A DNA stretch of 62,846 nt, filler included, from an uncultured bacterium (GTDB taxonomy: Bacteria; AUK180): the NCBI GenBank assembly GCA_937863565.1. It is 8 parts of 7 records of this genome, joined end to end, with 100 filler letters (N's around TTAATTAATTAA, not from the genome) between each part and the next. Parts side by side here need not be neighbours in the genome. Positions count along the whole stretch, not along the records: positions 30,686 to 46,626 come from CALMGJ010000007.1; positions 46,727 to 54,481 come from CALMGJ010000008.1; 6 more parts are not named here. One strand, written 5' to 3'. The notes beneath the pieces were generated by a model that was given only the letters and a program-made list of their open reading frames with translations, made no database searches and was not told where the DNA came from. Position 1 is the first letter of the stretch; every line of letters begins with the position of its first letter. This document shows, one piece after another, positions 40,983 to 51,398 of this stretch. The position numbers and the translations under genes were made by a program.

Positions 40983-41933
40983 ATGGCAGGGAACATACTC
41001 CTTCTCGTCGCCGGATTCGTGATGCTCTTTTTCGGCGCGGACATCATGATCAAGGGTTCATCTTCGATTGCGAGAAAATTCAGGATATCCGATATCGTGA
41101 TCGGCCTTACTATAGTGGCTTTCGGTACATCTGCGCCGGAACTGATCGTGAATATCATCGCGGGATTCAAGAAAAACGGGGAAATGTGCTTCGGAAATGT
41201 GATCGGCAGCAATATGTTCAATACTCTGCTCATACTCGGCATCGCCGGGATACTCATGCCTATCCCCGTACCCGGCGGCACGGTAAAGAAGGAGATACCG
41301 TTTTCCCTTGCCATCATTCTCATCCTGGCTTTTCTCGTCAATGACCGGCTCTTCGGAAGAACTGACATGCTCTCGCTTTTCGACGGGATCGTACTGCTTG
41401 TCCTTTTCTCCGGATTCATCTACTATACCGTGAAGATCGCCCGGATAGACTATTCGGAAGATGTCAATATCAAGACCTATCCCTTTTTCCTGTCCGTCAT
41501 CCTGATAATCGCAGGGCTGGGTCTTCTCTTCGCCGGAGGGAAATCCGTCGTGGACAGTGCCGTCAGGATCGCCAAAGCTCTCGGCGTTTCGGATAAACTC
41601 ATCGCCCTCACCATTGTCGCCGGCGGCACATCGCTTCCCGAATTGGCGGCGAGCACGGTAGCCGCGGTCAAAAAAAGGGCCGGCATCGCGATCGGGAATA
41701 TTATCGGTTCCAATATTTTCAATCTGCTGTTCATACTCGGCATTTCCTCCGTCATCAATCCCATTCGCTATGATCCGCTCCTCAACGTCGATCTTACCGT
41801 TGTCGCCGCCGCAACGCTCCTTCTTCTTGCCGCTGCCGGCATAAGGGGAAAGAAGCTTATCGACCGTGCCGAGGCGGCTGTTTTTCTTATCGCCTATGCC
41901 GCATATTTCGCTTTCCTCTTGTTCAGAAAATAG
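40983..41933 (+). CDS. Calcium/sodium antiporter (YrbG family)
   Basis: Duplicated GTSAPE/GTSLPE and GNVIGSN/GNIIGSN alpha repeats. Confidence 0.93.
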   Translation: MAGNILLLVAGFVMLFFGADIMIKGSSSIARKFRISDIVIGLTIVAFGTSAPELIVNIIAGFKKNGEMCFGNVIGSNMFNTLLILGIAGILMPIPVPGGTVKKEIPFSLAIILILAFLVNDRLFGRTDMLSLFDGIVLLVLFSGFIYYTVKIARIDYSEDVNIKTYPFFLSVILIIAGLGLLFAGGKSVVDSAVRIAKALGVSDKLIALTIVAGGTSLPELAASTVAAVKKRAGIAIGNIIGSNIFNLLFILGISSVINPIRYDPLLNVDLTVVAAATLLLLAAAGIRGKKLIDRAEAAVFLIAYAAYFAFLLFRK

Positions 41934-41939
41934 AAGAAG

Positions 41940-42113
41940 ATGACGGGTAAAGGGAAGAAGAACAAAAAACGGAAACCGGGCAAAACGGATATCGTGAAAA
42001 AACTGAGAAAAGCCGCCCGTGAAACGATCGGCCCCATACCTCCGTCACGTCCTTTTAAGAACGGAAAGAAATACGACCGGAAAAAAGAAAAAAAGCCGGG
42101 AAAAGAAGAATGA
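41940..42113 (+). CDS. Small basic 57-aa protein, below the ORF-track cutoff
   Basis: MTGKGKKNKKRKPGKTDIVKKLRKAARETIGPIPPSRPFKNGKKYDRKKEKKPGKEE; starts 6 nt after the antiporter stop. Confidence 0.55.
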   Translation: MTGKGKKNKKRKPGKTDIVKKLRKAARETIGPIPPSRPFKNGKKYDRKKEKKPGKEE

Positions 42114-42268
42114 TCGCTCAAGGCAGCGCGGGTATAAGCCCATTCCGCCGCCTGTTTCAAACCAGGTCCCGTTCATCCGAGCAGTTCGGAGCATTCTCCA
42201 TATAAATTATTGTTGAAAAATTTGTATTTTTCCCTAAAATCTGATAAAATTCCAAAGAGGTGAAATAA

Positions 42269-43336
42269 GTGAGCAGAAGCCAGGCTACCATCGTTTTCAT
42301 AGAGATCATCTTAATACTTGCAGGAGCGGTCCTTCTTATATGGGGAGAAAGGATATTCCAGGGCAATTACGAAAAAGATATCCTGAGCGAGAAGGTCACG
42401 GCTTTGAAGGCCAAGATAGACGAGTACCAGACCCATGATCCGGAACAGCGCTATGTCAAGGAATTCCTTGCTGTTGAGGGAGAATATAATGATCTGAAGC
42501 TTTTATATGTCGACAAAAAATACAAAGAGACCCTGAGCGGTTATACCGATCTTCTCGAAAAGCTCGAGAACCTGAAGAACGAGGTCGACAAATACTATGT
42601 TGAGGCTTCCATGAACAAACAGAAGGAAGACCTGAAAAAAGAGATGGAGCTTAAAGAAAAGGCGCGCCTTGACGAGGAAAAAAGAAAAGCGGAAGCGGCT
42701 AAAGCGGAAGCAGCTAAAAAACTTGCCGATCTCCAGAAGAAACAGTCAACGACCACCGAGAAAACGGTCTCTCCGTCAACCGAGAAAACATATACATATG
42801 AACCTTTGAAGAAACAAACAGAAACGCAGACCACGGAAACAAAAACGGAAGTGCCGCCCGCAGTAACGGCCCCGGCAGCGGACAATTCGAAAAAGATAGA
42901 CATAAACAATGCCGGAAGCGAGGAATTGCAGAAGCTTCCCAGGATAGGTCCCGTGATGGCGCAGCGCATTATCGACTACAGGACGCAGAATGGCGGATTC
43001 AAGAACGTGGAAGAACTTGTAGAAGTGTCCGGTATAGGCGAAAAGACCCTCGCATCGCTGAAACCTCTCGTTTATTGCGGAACTTACGGAGGCGGTACTG
43101 CCGCCCCGACCGCTGCACCTGCCCCAGTATCGGTTGCTAAAAAGATCAATATTAATACGGCAAGCTATGAAGAACTCCAGGAGATCCCCAAGATTGGCCC
43201 GAAACTTGCCCAGAATATCATGGATTACAGGGATGCTCACGGAGGCTTTAAAAAACTGGAGGAGCTGATGGAGGTTCCCAGGATAGGCGAAGCTACATAT
43301 GAAACGATCAAACCGTACGTTACATTAGGAGAATGA
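42269..43336 (+). CDS. comEA: ComEA-family membrane-anchored DNA-binding protein with two HhH domains
   Basis: N-terminal TM, coiled coil, then two IxINxAxxEELQxxPxIGP...IxDYR...GGFK domains. Confidence 0.8.
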   Translation: MSRSQATIVFIEIILILAGAVLLIWGERIFQGNYEKDILSEKVTALKAKIDEYQTHDPEQRYVKEFLAVEGEYNDLKLLYVDKKYKETLSGYTDLLEKLENLKNEVDKYYVEASMNKQKEDLKKEMELKEKARLDEEKRKAEAAKAEAAKKLADLQKKQSTTTEKTVSPSTEKTYTYEPLKKQTETQTTETKTEVPPAVTAPAADNSKKIDINNAGSEELQKLPRIGPVMAQRIIDYRTQNGGFKNVEELVEVSGIGEKTLASLKPLVYCGTYGGGTAAPTAAPAPVSVAKKININTASYEELQEIPKIGPKLAQNIMDYRDAHGGFKKLEELMEVPRIGEATYETIKPYVTLGE

Positions 43337-43337
43337 G

Positions 43338-45311
43338 ATGAACATCAACAATCTGATCATGCAACTGCCGGAAAAAGAGCAGAAATACTTCGTCTACCTT
43401 ATCAAGGACCTTGATGATGCGGAGAAGGATAAGTTCATTAAAGAGATCTACGAACTTAATGATACCGAAATGGGTCTTATCCTCAATATGCTGCTCAGAC
43501 TTTCGCCGATCCAGCTGCGCGCGGTCATACACAACTCGATCGAATCGGGTCCGCTAATGATCATAGGGGATCAGATCTCATCCAAAAGAACGATCCTGGG
43601 GAACAGGATCGCGTATCATCTTCTTGCGAGGAACCTCAAAGTGGAGGAGATCCTGGGACTCACATTCTCGAACGTGAACGCGGGGAATGTCGTTGACCTT
43701 ATAGGTAATTACCTTCCCGAGAAAATGATATTCAAGATGGATATAGATACATTCAATACGGTCTGCCTGAAGATACTCACGGACAATGTTCTCGGCAATC
43801 TCAATGTGGAGAAGATCGGTTATAAAGCCTCTCCGAAATTCAGGGTGCTCGTTGCCAGAGAACAGCTTCTTCTTTTGAAGCGTTCGCTCGAGGAATCGAA
43901 AATCCCTTCTTCCGAGCTCGGTTTTCCGACGCTTCTGAGGGAGATCATAGACCTTAAAAGAAAGCTCATCTCGCCGGATGCCGCGGAAAAGGACGCGAAA
44001 ACGGACCTCTACAAGAAGATCGCCCAGGTTTACAAGATATACCAGGAGAAGCTTTTAAAGAACAATACCTGCGATATCAACGACCTTGTAAGGCTCACGC
44101 TTGAGCTGTTCAAGAAATCGCCGGAGATACTCGAATTCTACCGCAATAAGTACAAGATGATAATAATAGACGATTATCATTATGCGAGCTATGCCCAGTA
44201 TATGCTGATAAAAGTTCTTACCGAGAAGAAGACCAATCTTACATTCACATCGAGCAATAAGATAAATGTGTACGGGTGGCATTCCTCCGGAGAGAATTAC
44301 GCAAACGAATTCATCAAAGATTTCCCCAAAGGGAAGATCATTGAATATGAAAGAGAACCCATCGATGTCGAGGAGATCCTGAAAAGGGAGATATTCATCC
44401 AGACAGGCGAAACGGTTGTGGACATCGAACCCGCGCAGACGGCGGATTTCCTCGATTATATAAACGGCCAGGCCCTGATAAGGCTCGAAGAAGAGGATGA
44501 GACCAATGAGGCATCTCTGGTAGTGAACTCGGTCATCCGCAAACATCAGGAAGGGGTCGGGCTCGGCCAGATAGCGGTGGTGGTAAGGACGAACAAACAG
44601 CTCGATACTCTGAAAAAGGTGCTTAAAGGCGCTAACCTGCCATATTTCATAACCGGCGACAAACTGCTCACAAGAGAAGAGATAATCAATGTGATGTCGC
44701 TTCTCAAGACCGTTTACTACAGCGCCAAGAAGATCAAGGGAACGGTGTTGGAATCTGATGAGATCTTCGATTTCAACAATGCCCTGAAGAACATTCTTTT
44801 GGAGATCACGCCGCTTCAGCTCGAGTTCAACACTTATGTTCAGCTTGAAAAGATGGCCCTCGAGGAGAACACCGATATCTTCGAGATCATTAATAAAGAG
44901 AAGGGGAACGAGGACAGGTTCAAAACGCGATTCCCGCTCAAGGACAGGGAGATCATGGGTTATTTCAGGGACCTCATCATCACCGTCGCCAAGGAGATCG
45001 AGGATTATGACGGTGCGGTGCTGATAGAACTTCTCACAAATGAGACGGAATTCCTCCATTCGCTCGTGAACGAGGGCAAGATGATAGGGAGACTGAAAGC
45101 AGAGAACATTAAGTTCCTCTATCTCTATGCCGCCGATTTCGTCAAAAAGAACAAGAAAAAAGGCCTCTCGGGCCTGAGGGATTTCATCGACGATATTGAT
45201 TCCCGCAGGAAGAAGATCAACGAGGAGGAAAAACTCCACGAGGACGAGATCAAGATCATAACCCTGAACAATATCGAGAATATCGAATATCATGTCTATT
45301 ATCTGATATAG
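43338..45311 (+). CDS. UvrD/PcrA-like protein with degenerate ATPase motifs
   Basis: UvrD layout (LSPIQLRAV, GPLMIIG, ILGLTFSN, IDTFN, IAVVVRTNKQ), but Walker A reads GDQISSKRT and Walker B reads IDDYHY. Confidence 0.75.
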   Translation: MNINNLIMQLPEKEQKYFVYLIKDLDDAEKDKFIKEIYELNDTEMGLILNMLLRLSPIQLRAVIHNSIESGPLMIIGDQISSKRTILGNRIAYHLLARNLKVEEILGLTFSNVNAGNVVDLIGNYLPEKMIFKMDIDTFNTVCLKILTDNVLGNLNVEKIGYKASPKFRVLVAREQLLLLKRSLEESKIPSSELGFPTLLREIIDLKRKLISPDAAEKDAKTDLYKKIAQVYKIYQEKLLKNNTCDINDLVRLTLELFKKSPEILEFYRNKYKMIIIDDYHYASYAQYMLIKVLTEKKTNLTFTSSNKINVYGWHSSGENYANEFIKDFPKGKIIEYEREPIDVEEILKREIFIQTGETVVDIEPAQTADFLDYINGQALIRLEEEDETNEASLVVNSVIRKHQEGVGLGQIAVVVRTNKQLDTLKKVLKGANLPYFITGDKLLTREEIINVMSLLKTVYYSAKKIKGTVLESDEIFDFNNALKNILLEITPLQLEFNTYVQLEKMALEENTDIFEIINKEKGNEDRFKTRFPLKDREIMGYFRDLIITVAKEIEDYDGAVLIELLTNETEFLHSLVNEGKMIGRLKAENIKFLYLYAADFVKKNKKKGLSGLRDFIDDIDSRRKKINEEEKLHEDEIKIITLNNIENIEYHVYYLI

Positions 45312-45319
45312 GAGGCATT

Positions 45320-45544
45320 ATGGGCAGTTTTGACAAGTACAAAAAATCACAGGACAACGCGAACCTTGACAAATACAAAAAGGCCAGCGGGAAATCCTTC
45401 GATGAGATCGAAAAAGACCTCGAAAAGAAAGAAGCGGTTAAAACGGAGGCAAAACCTTCGCAGGGAGGGACCATCCTCATCATCGTGCTCGGAGTGATCG
45501 CCGTGCTGGTCTGGGTCATGGCAATAGGGAAATTAATGAAGTAA
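45320..45544 (+). CDS. Small hypothetical membrane protein
   Basis: GGAGG RBS; C-terminal TM helix. Confidence 0.65.
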   Translation: MGSFDKYKKSQDNANLDKYKKASGKSFDEIEKDLEKKEAVKTEAKPSQGGTILIIVLGVIAVLVWVMAIGKLMK

Positions 45545-45545
45545 A

Positions 45546-46626
45546 ATGAAAAGAACAGGACTTCTTTTCCTTATTCTCTTCTCGGTTTTCATCCTGGCAG
45601 GAGAACTTTCCGTTACTTTCCTGAACGTGAATCAGGGGGACGGCATAGTGATCCGCGCGCCGGACGGGAAAGTATTCCTCATCGATGCCGGTCAGCCCGA
45701 GTACTATGACAAGGAAAAGAACATCTATTATTCCCGCTTTGATGCCGGCCGGGATATCGTAGCCCCTTATCTGAAGAGCCAGGGCATTACCGAGATCGAG
45801 GGCATTCTGGGCACCCATCCGGATGCCGACCATATCGGCGGCCTTGTATACATCCTGAAGAATTTCCCCGTTAAGAAGGCGTACTATACGGGGAAACTCC
45901 ATACGTCCAATATCTTCAATGAGTTCCTTGAACTGATCGATAAGAACGGAGTGGAGTACATAGAGGTGAGGGCAGGGGACATACTCGACTGGTCACCGGA
46001 CATCCTTGTAAATGCCGTGGGGCCGACGGAAGACGAAGTGAGGAATTCTTCAAATAACAATAATACCTCCATCGTTCTCTACCTGAAATACGGGAATGTC
46101 TCTTTCATGCTTACAGGGGATGCCGAAACCGAAATGGAGGAGCGCATCGTCGACGAATACGGCAATGCCGTCGGCTCGCAAGTCCTGAAACTCGGCCACC
46201 ACGGGAGTAAATCATCATCTTGTTATGAATTCCTCTCCGCGGTAAGCCCTGAATATGTCATTTTCTCCTGCGGCAAGAACAATAAATTCGGGTTCCCGCA
46301 TGCAGAGATGATAAAGAGGCTCTGCGACGCCGTTCCCGATGTGAAGATCGTCCGCACCGATTACAACGGCAATATCACATTCGTCACAGACGGAACTGGA
46401 ATTACGGTCACTCCCGAGAAAGGCGGCCTTTACACGATGGAAGAACTTCTGAAGATGGAGAATATCTCATATGTTCCTTCAAGAAAACCGTTGCCGAAAC
46501 CTGAAGTAAAAAAAGAAACCGAAAAAACGACGCCCGCACCGGCGCCCTTGCCTCAAGAACGCTCGGATAGAATAAACATCAATACGGCCTCGCAATCGGA
46601 ACTCGAGACGCTGCCGAGGATAGGCC
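45546..46626 (+). CDS. Secreted ComEC/Rec2-type metallo-beta-lactamase-fold hydrolase with C-terminal HhH domain, 3'-truncated
   Basis: NVNQGDG, IDAG, THPDADHIGG, LTGDAE, GHHGS; ININTASQSELETLPRIG. Confidence 0.88.
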
Positions 46627-46767
46627 NNNNNNNNNNNNNNNNNNNNNNNNNNNNNNNNNNNNNNNNNNNNTTAATTAATTAANNNNNNNNNNNNNNNNNN
46701 NNNNNNNNNNNNNNNNNNNNNNNNNNTAGTTGAGGTAAGAAGTTTTCATTTGAATTATGAGAGGCAG

Positions 46768-47087
46768 GAAGCCAACTGCTTGGCTTCTGTCGGGATTCGA
46801 AAGGCGCAGTTATGTCTTTAGACAAACGAGCCGGGGTCGCGAAAACGGCAAGCAAAGCGAACTGTTATTCGTGACCGCTAAATCCCTCTTGTCCGCGTAT
46901 GCGCGGATAAGAGCAACCGGCCTCTCCGTATCCAATGAGGCATTGGATCGAAGCCAGAAATTCAAATTAATAGTTAATAGTGAATAGTGAATAGTTGATA
47001 TTGAGGAATAGTCAGTAGTGAACTGCGAAGATCGGCGAGCCGGGGTCGCGAGCGATGCGGAGCATCGACTTGAGACCGTTAGATCTC
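46768..47087. other. Hairpin-dense non-coding region with two copies of a GAGCCGGGGTCGCGA structured motif separated by heptamer repeats
   Basis: Motif at 46828-46842 and 47037-47051; hairpins at 46768-46787, 46886-46913, 46930-46948 and 47053-47067; (T/G)AATAGT-type heptamers at 46967-46995. Confidence 0.7.
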
Positions 47088-47110
47088 TACGAAATACATA
47101 AATCCAAGGT

Positions 47111-47139
47111 TTGATTTTTACAGACAAATAGGTTATAAT
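47111..47139 (+). promoter_or_regulatory. Sigma70 promoter for the rnf operon
   Basis: TTGATT-17-TATAAT, with AGGAG RBS downstream. Confidence 0.6.
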
Positions 47140-47169
47140 AATCAAATTTTTTTAAGCAGGAGTTAGTTT

Positions 47170-48489
47170 ATGGCTCTTCTTACGTTCAAAAAGGGAGTTC
47201 ACCCCCATGATCACAAGGAACTCTCCAAAGAATCCCCGATACAAAGATTCCCGGCTCCGAAGACAGTTTACATTCCCGTTTGTCAGCATCTGGGAAGCCC
47301 TTCTCAGCCTGTCGTCGCAAAGGGCGACCGCGTTAAAAAAGGAACGTTGATAGCAAAGGTGACCGGATTCGTCTCTGCCAATGTTCATTCTTCCGTTTCC
47401 GGAACAGTGAAGGATATAGTCGATATTCCCACTGTTTTCGGCAATCGTGCTCCCGCGGTCGTGATCGAAAATGACGGTCTTGACGAGAAGGACTATCTTT
47501 CTCCTTTAAACTCCGAAGACAGAGCGGTCCTTATCGAGAGGATCAAGGAATGCGGTCTAGTGGGTATGGGCGGAGCGACTTTTCCCACACAAGTAAAACT
47601 TTCGCCGCCGCCTGATAAGAAGATCGATATTCTGATAATCAACGGAGCGGAATGCGAACCTTATCTTACAAGCGACTACAGGTTGATGCTGGAGAGCCCG
47701 GAGAGCGTGATCGAGGGTGCAAGGATCTTTCTCAAGATACTTGGCGCTCAAAAAGGGTATATCGGTATAGAAGCGAATAAACAGGACGTATATGAGAAGA
47801 TGGATGCGATACTTAAAGATAATAGCGTGTTAAAAGCCGTTCTGTTGAAGACGAAATATCCTCAGGGCGCGGAAAAGCAGCTCATATATGCCGTAACTAA
47901 AAGGAAAGTTCCGGCCGGAGGCCTTCCGATGGATGTGGGGGTGGTAGTTCAGAACTCTGCCACGGCAGTAGCCGCATACGAGGCGGTTAAGGCAGGCAAA
48001 CCTCTTTTTGAAAGAATAGTGACAGTAAGCGGCAGCGGGATAAATAAACCGGCTAATCTTCTTGTCTCAACAGGCACTCTTGTCAAGGATGTGATCGAGC
48101 ATTGCGGAGGCCTTACCGAAGAAGCGGCGAAAGTGATCCTGGGCGGTCCGATGATGGGGATTTCGGTAGCGGAACTGGATATACCCGTAACAAAAGGGAC
48201 TTCCGGCATCGTTGTTCTTACGGATAAAGAGGTCCAAAAAGAGGAATACGAAGCCTGCATCAGATGCGGCAAGTGCGTTGATGCCTGCCCGATGAATCTT
48301 TCTCCGTTCCACTATATCGCATTGGGCGAAGTAAAACAGTATATCGAGTGCGAGAAATGGAGAGTGATGGATTGCATGGAATGCGGCAGTTGCGCATATG
48401 TATGTCCCGCCAAAAGGCCTATCGTGCAATTTGTAAAAATAGCGAAGCAGAAAGTCCTTGCCGAAATAAGAAGGAGGGGTGCTAAATGA
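47170..48489 (+). CDS. rnfC: Rnf complex subunit C
   Basis: GMGGATFPT, INGAECEPYLTSD, YPQGAEKQL and two CxxCxxCxxxCP. Confidence 0.96.
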   Translation: MALLTFKKGVHPHDHKELSKESPIQRFPAPKTVYIPVCQHLGSPSQPVVAKGDRVKKGTLIAKVTGFVSANVHSSVSGTVKDIVDIPTVFGNRAPAVVIENDGLDEKDYLSPLNSEDRAVLIERIKECGLVGMGGATFPTQVKLSPPPDKKIDILIINGAECEPYLTSDYRLMLESPESVIEGARIFLKILGAQKGYIGIEANKQDVYEKMDAILKDNSVLKAVLLKTKYPQGAEKQLIYAVTKRKVPAGGLPMDVGVVVQNSATAVAAYEAVKAGKPLFERIVTVSGSGINKPANLLVSTGTLVKDVIEHCGGLTEEAAKVILGGPMMGISVAELDIPVTKGTSGIVVLTDKEVQKEEYEACIRCGKCVDACPMNLSPFHYIALGEVKQYIECEKWRVMDCMECGSCAYVCPAKRPIVQFVKIAKQKVLAEIRRRGAK

Positions 48490-49595
48490 AAAAACTTTAC
48501 ATGTCGGCTTCTCCGCATATATTCAGCAAAACGAATACTAAAAAGATCATGCTTACGGTCACGGCATCGCTTCTGCCGGCGACATTCTGGGGGCTCTATG
48601 TTTTCGGCATCCCGGCTTTCCTGACCATACTTACAAGTATAGTCGCCGCTGTTTTTACAGAATGGCTTGCCTGCAGGATCTTTAAATTCGAATTGAAAGT
48701 AAACGACGGTTCAAGCGTGTTGACAGGACTTCTTCTTGCGCTTACGCTGCCGCCCGAAACGCCTCTCGCTGTGACTTTTGCCGGTTCATTCTTTGCAGTG
48801 TTCTTCGGCAAGATGATATTCGGCGGCCTTGGGTATAATCCTTTCAATCCGGCCCTTATCGGAAGGGCTTTTCTTCTTGCTTCCTGGCCCGTGTACATCA
48901 CTACATGGAAAAAACCTCTCAGAGAAGGCCTTAACATGGCCGGTATCCCCGAGAGTATCGTGAACATGCTAACCGAGAGGAACATCCCTCAAACGGTAGT
49001 GGATACGATAACTTCAGCCACTCCTCTCAATGCTCTCAAACAGTCATTGCTTCTTCTGAAGGAACATTCTCTGAGTATTGAGCAGTTCGATACCGTGAAA
49101 AACGCTCTTTTCGATCCCGGGACGATTAAAAACCTTTTCTTCGGGAATATCGGAGGAAGCATCGGCGAAGTATCGGCGCTCCTCCTTCTCTTAGGAGGGC
49201 TTCTTTTGATATTCACCCGAGTGATCACATGGCATGTACCCGTGATATATACATCTACAGTTGCCATTCTCGGTTTCGTTCTCGGCGGCCGGGGGTTCTT
49301 TGACGGCAATATCCTCTTCTACCTTTTCTCGGGCGGGCTTTTCCTCGGAGCTTTCTTCATGGCGACGGATTATGTCACTTCTCCCATGTTCCCTGCGGGA
49401 AAGGTCCTTTTTGCTGTCTTTGCCGGCATCCTCGTTGTCGTCATCCGACGCTTTGGCGGATACCCCGAGGGCGTTTGTTATTCCATCCTCATCATGAACG
49501 CTTTTGTTCCCATACTCGACAGATTCACGGCTCCCAAGCCTTTCGGTTTGAGGAAAAAACCTCATCCGCGGGACGGAAAGGAGGTGAAGAAATGA
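48486..49595 (+). CDS. rnfD: Rnf complex subunit D
   Basis: SPH, GGLGYNPFNPAL, TSATPL FMN site and FMATDYVTSP. Confidence 0.96.
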   Translation: MKKLYMSASPHIFSKTNTKKIMLTVTASLLPATFWGLYVFGIPAFLTILTSIVAAVFTEWLACRIFKFELKVNDGSSVLTGLLLALTLPPETPLAVTFAGSFFAVFFGKMIFGGLGYNPFNPALIGRAFLLASWPVYITTWKKPLREGLNMAGIPESIVNMLTERNIPQTVVDTITSATPLNALKQSLLLLKEHSLSIEQFDTVKNALFDPGTIKNLFFGNIGGSIGEVSALLLLLGGLLLIFTRVITWHVPVIYTSTVAILGFVLGGRGFFDGNILFYLFSGGLFLGAFFMATDYVTSPMFPAGKVLFAVFAGILVVVIRRFGGYPEGVCYSILIMNAFVPILDRFTAPKPFGLRKKPHPRDGKEVKK

Positions 49596-50206
49596 AGGAT
49601 ATAATAAGATTCACCGTAACACTTCTCGTCGTTTGTCTTCTTTCTTCAGGTTCTCTTTCACTTCTTTACAACGGCGTGAAGGACCGGATAGAGAAGGGAA
49701 AGATACTTGCGCAGGAAGAAGCGCTGAACTATGCCCTTGACGGATCGGCAAAGATCGATAAGATCGAGAGGGAAGGGCTTGAATATTTCAAAGCATTCAA
49801 TGAGGACGGAACACTAAAAGGCTTTGCGGTGATATGTTCGGGAAAGGGCTTCTCAAGCACGATAAAAACGGCTTGCGGTTTCGGTGCATCGGGTACGATC
49901 ATAAGGATACGCGTTATTGAACAGCAGGAAACGCCAGGCCTCGGATCAAATCTCAAAGAGGTTAGAACAAATAAATTCCTCTGGGATATCTTCACAGGGA
50001 AGAAAAGGCCGGAAGTAGACCCTACACCATATTTCCAGAGGCAATTCTTCGGCATCAATTACAATGATCTTAAAATTGTGAAAACGCCTTCGCAGGCCTC
50101 TGGAGAGATCCAGGCATTAACCGGTGCGACGATATCCTCGAAGGCGGTGATGGAGAGCATCCGGGCCAAGATCGGGGAAGTGCTGAAAGCGGAGGGGTTG
50201 AAATGA
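49592..50206 (+). CDS. rnfG: Rnf complex subunit G
   Basis: ETPGLG and TGATISS FMN motif; start set to ATG 49592 behind GGAGG. Confidence 0.9.
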   Translation: MKDIIRFTVTLLVVCLLSSGSLSLLYNGVKDRIEKGKILAQEEALNYALDGSAKIDKIEREGLEYFKAFNEDGTLKGFAVICSGKGFSSTIKTACGFGASGTIIRIRVIEQQETPGLGSNLKEVRTNKFLWDIFTGKKRPEVDPTPYFQRQFFGINYNDLKIVKTPSQASGEIQALTGATISSKAVMESIRAKIGEVLKAEGLK

Positions 50207-50805
50207 ACGTATTTAAAATTATTAAAAACGGCATACTTGATGAAAATCCGACGTTCAGGATAGTGCTCGGCATGTGTCCCACGCTCGCTGTCACATCTTC
50301 GGCAGGAAATGCGATCGGAATGGGACTTGCTGCGACATTCGTTCTTGTTATGTCCAATGTCATCATATCTCTTATCAAGAACGTGATCCCTTCGAAGATA
50401 AGGATCCCGGCCTATATCGTTGTTATCGCCACTTTCGTTACGATCGTCCAGTTCGTGATGGCGGGATTCGTTCCCGAACTTTACAAAACACTTGGGATCT
50501 TCATTCCGCTCATCGTCGTAAACTGCATTATCATGGGACGCGCGGAAGCCTTCGCCTGCAAGAATAATGTGGGCGCTTCTTTTTTTGACGGGATCGGTAT
50601 GGGCATCGGGTTCACTCTTGCTCTTATCCTGATCGGAGGTGTCAGGGAAATACTCGGGGCTAACAAGTTCTTCGGTTTTCTTGTTTTTCCCGAAGCCTAT
50701 AAACCGATGCTTTTCTTCGTACTCGCTCCGGGAGGATTCTTCACGATGGGGGTCCTTCTCGGCATCTTCAATGCCATGTCGCTGAAGAAGAAGAAGGAGG
50801 GATAA
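50203..50805 (+). CDS. rnfE: Rnf complex subunit E
   Basis: LGMCPTLAVT and IPLIVVNCIIMGRAEAFA. Confidence 0.95.
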   Translation: MNVFKIIKNGILDENPTFRIVLGMCPTLAVTSSAGNAIGMGLAATFVLVMSNVIISLIKNVIPSKIRIPAYIVVIATFVTIVQFVMAGFVPELYKTLGIFIPLIVVNCIIMGRAEAFACKNNVGASFFDGIGMGIGFTLALILIGGVREILGANKFFGFLVFPEAYKPMLFFVLAPGGFFTMGVLLGIFNAMSLKKKKEG

Positions 50806-50806
50806 T

Positions 50807-51397
50807 ATGGAGATTTCAAAACTTCTGATGATCGCCGTTTCTGCCATATTCGTGAACAATTTCGTATTTTCGAGATTCCTCGGCATATGTCCTTATCTCG
50901 GCGTTTCAAAAAAGTGGGACTCAGCAATGGGAATGGGTATCGCGGTCATCTTTGTTATGACGCTTGCATCCTTCATTACTTGGATCATACAGAAATATCT
51001 GCTGGACAGGTTCGGTATATCCGATATCCTTCAAACGATCACTTTCATCCTGACGATCGCGGCTCTTGTTCAGCTCGTGGAGATGTTCCTGAAAAAATCC
51101 GCACCTGAATTGTACAAAGCGCTCGGAATATATCTTCCGCTCATCACTACGAACTGCGCGATATTGGGCGCGACACTTTTGAACATTAAGAATGATTACA
51201 ATCTGATCGAATCAGTCTTCTTCGGTTTCTCGGGAGGCGTCGGATTCACTATTGCCCTTCTTATGATGGCCAGCATCAGGGAAAGGCTTGAATACGCCAA
51301 GGTCCCGCCAGCTTTCCGCGGTACGGCCATAGGACTTATACTGGCGTCTTTGATGGCTCTTGCATTCGGCGGTTTTTCCGGCCTTATAGGAGAATGA
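50807..51397 (+). CDS. rnfA: Rnf complex subunit A
   Basis: FLGICPYLGVS and LPLITTNCAILG. Confidence 0.95.
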   Translation: MEISKLLMIAVSAIFVNNFVFSRFLGICPYLGVSKKWDSAMGMGIAVIFVMTLASFITWIIQKYLLDRFGISDILQTITFILTIAALVQLVEMFLKKSAPELYKALGIYLPLITTNCAILGATLLNIKNDYNLIESVFFGFSGGVGFTIALLMMASIRERLEYAKVPPAFRGTAIGLILASLMALAFGGFSGLIGE

Positions 51398-51398
51398 C

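Noticed and set aside
44055-45293. Long antisense ORFs (e.g. 44055..45293, 34204..35232, 31744..32784, 50059..50886)
   Set aside because: Shadow frames of well-supported genes on the opposite strand with no recognisable motifs.
46780-46801. tRNA gene on the minus strand (TTCGAATCCC...CCA)
   Set aside because: No paired T-stem, anticodon arm, D-arm or acceptor stem can be built; only a T-loop-like fragment is present.
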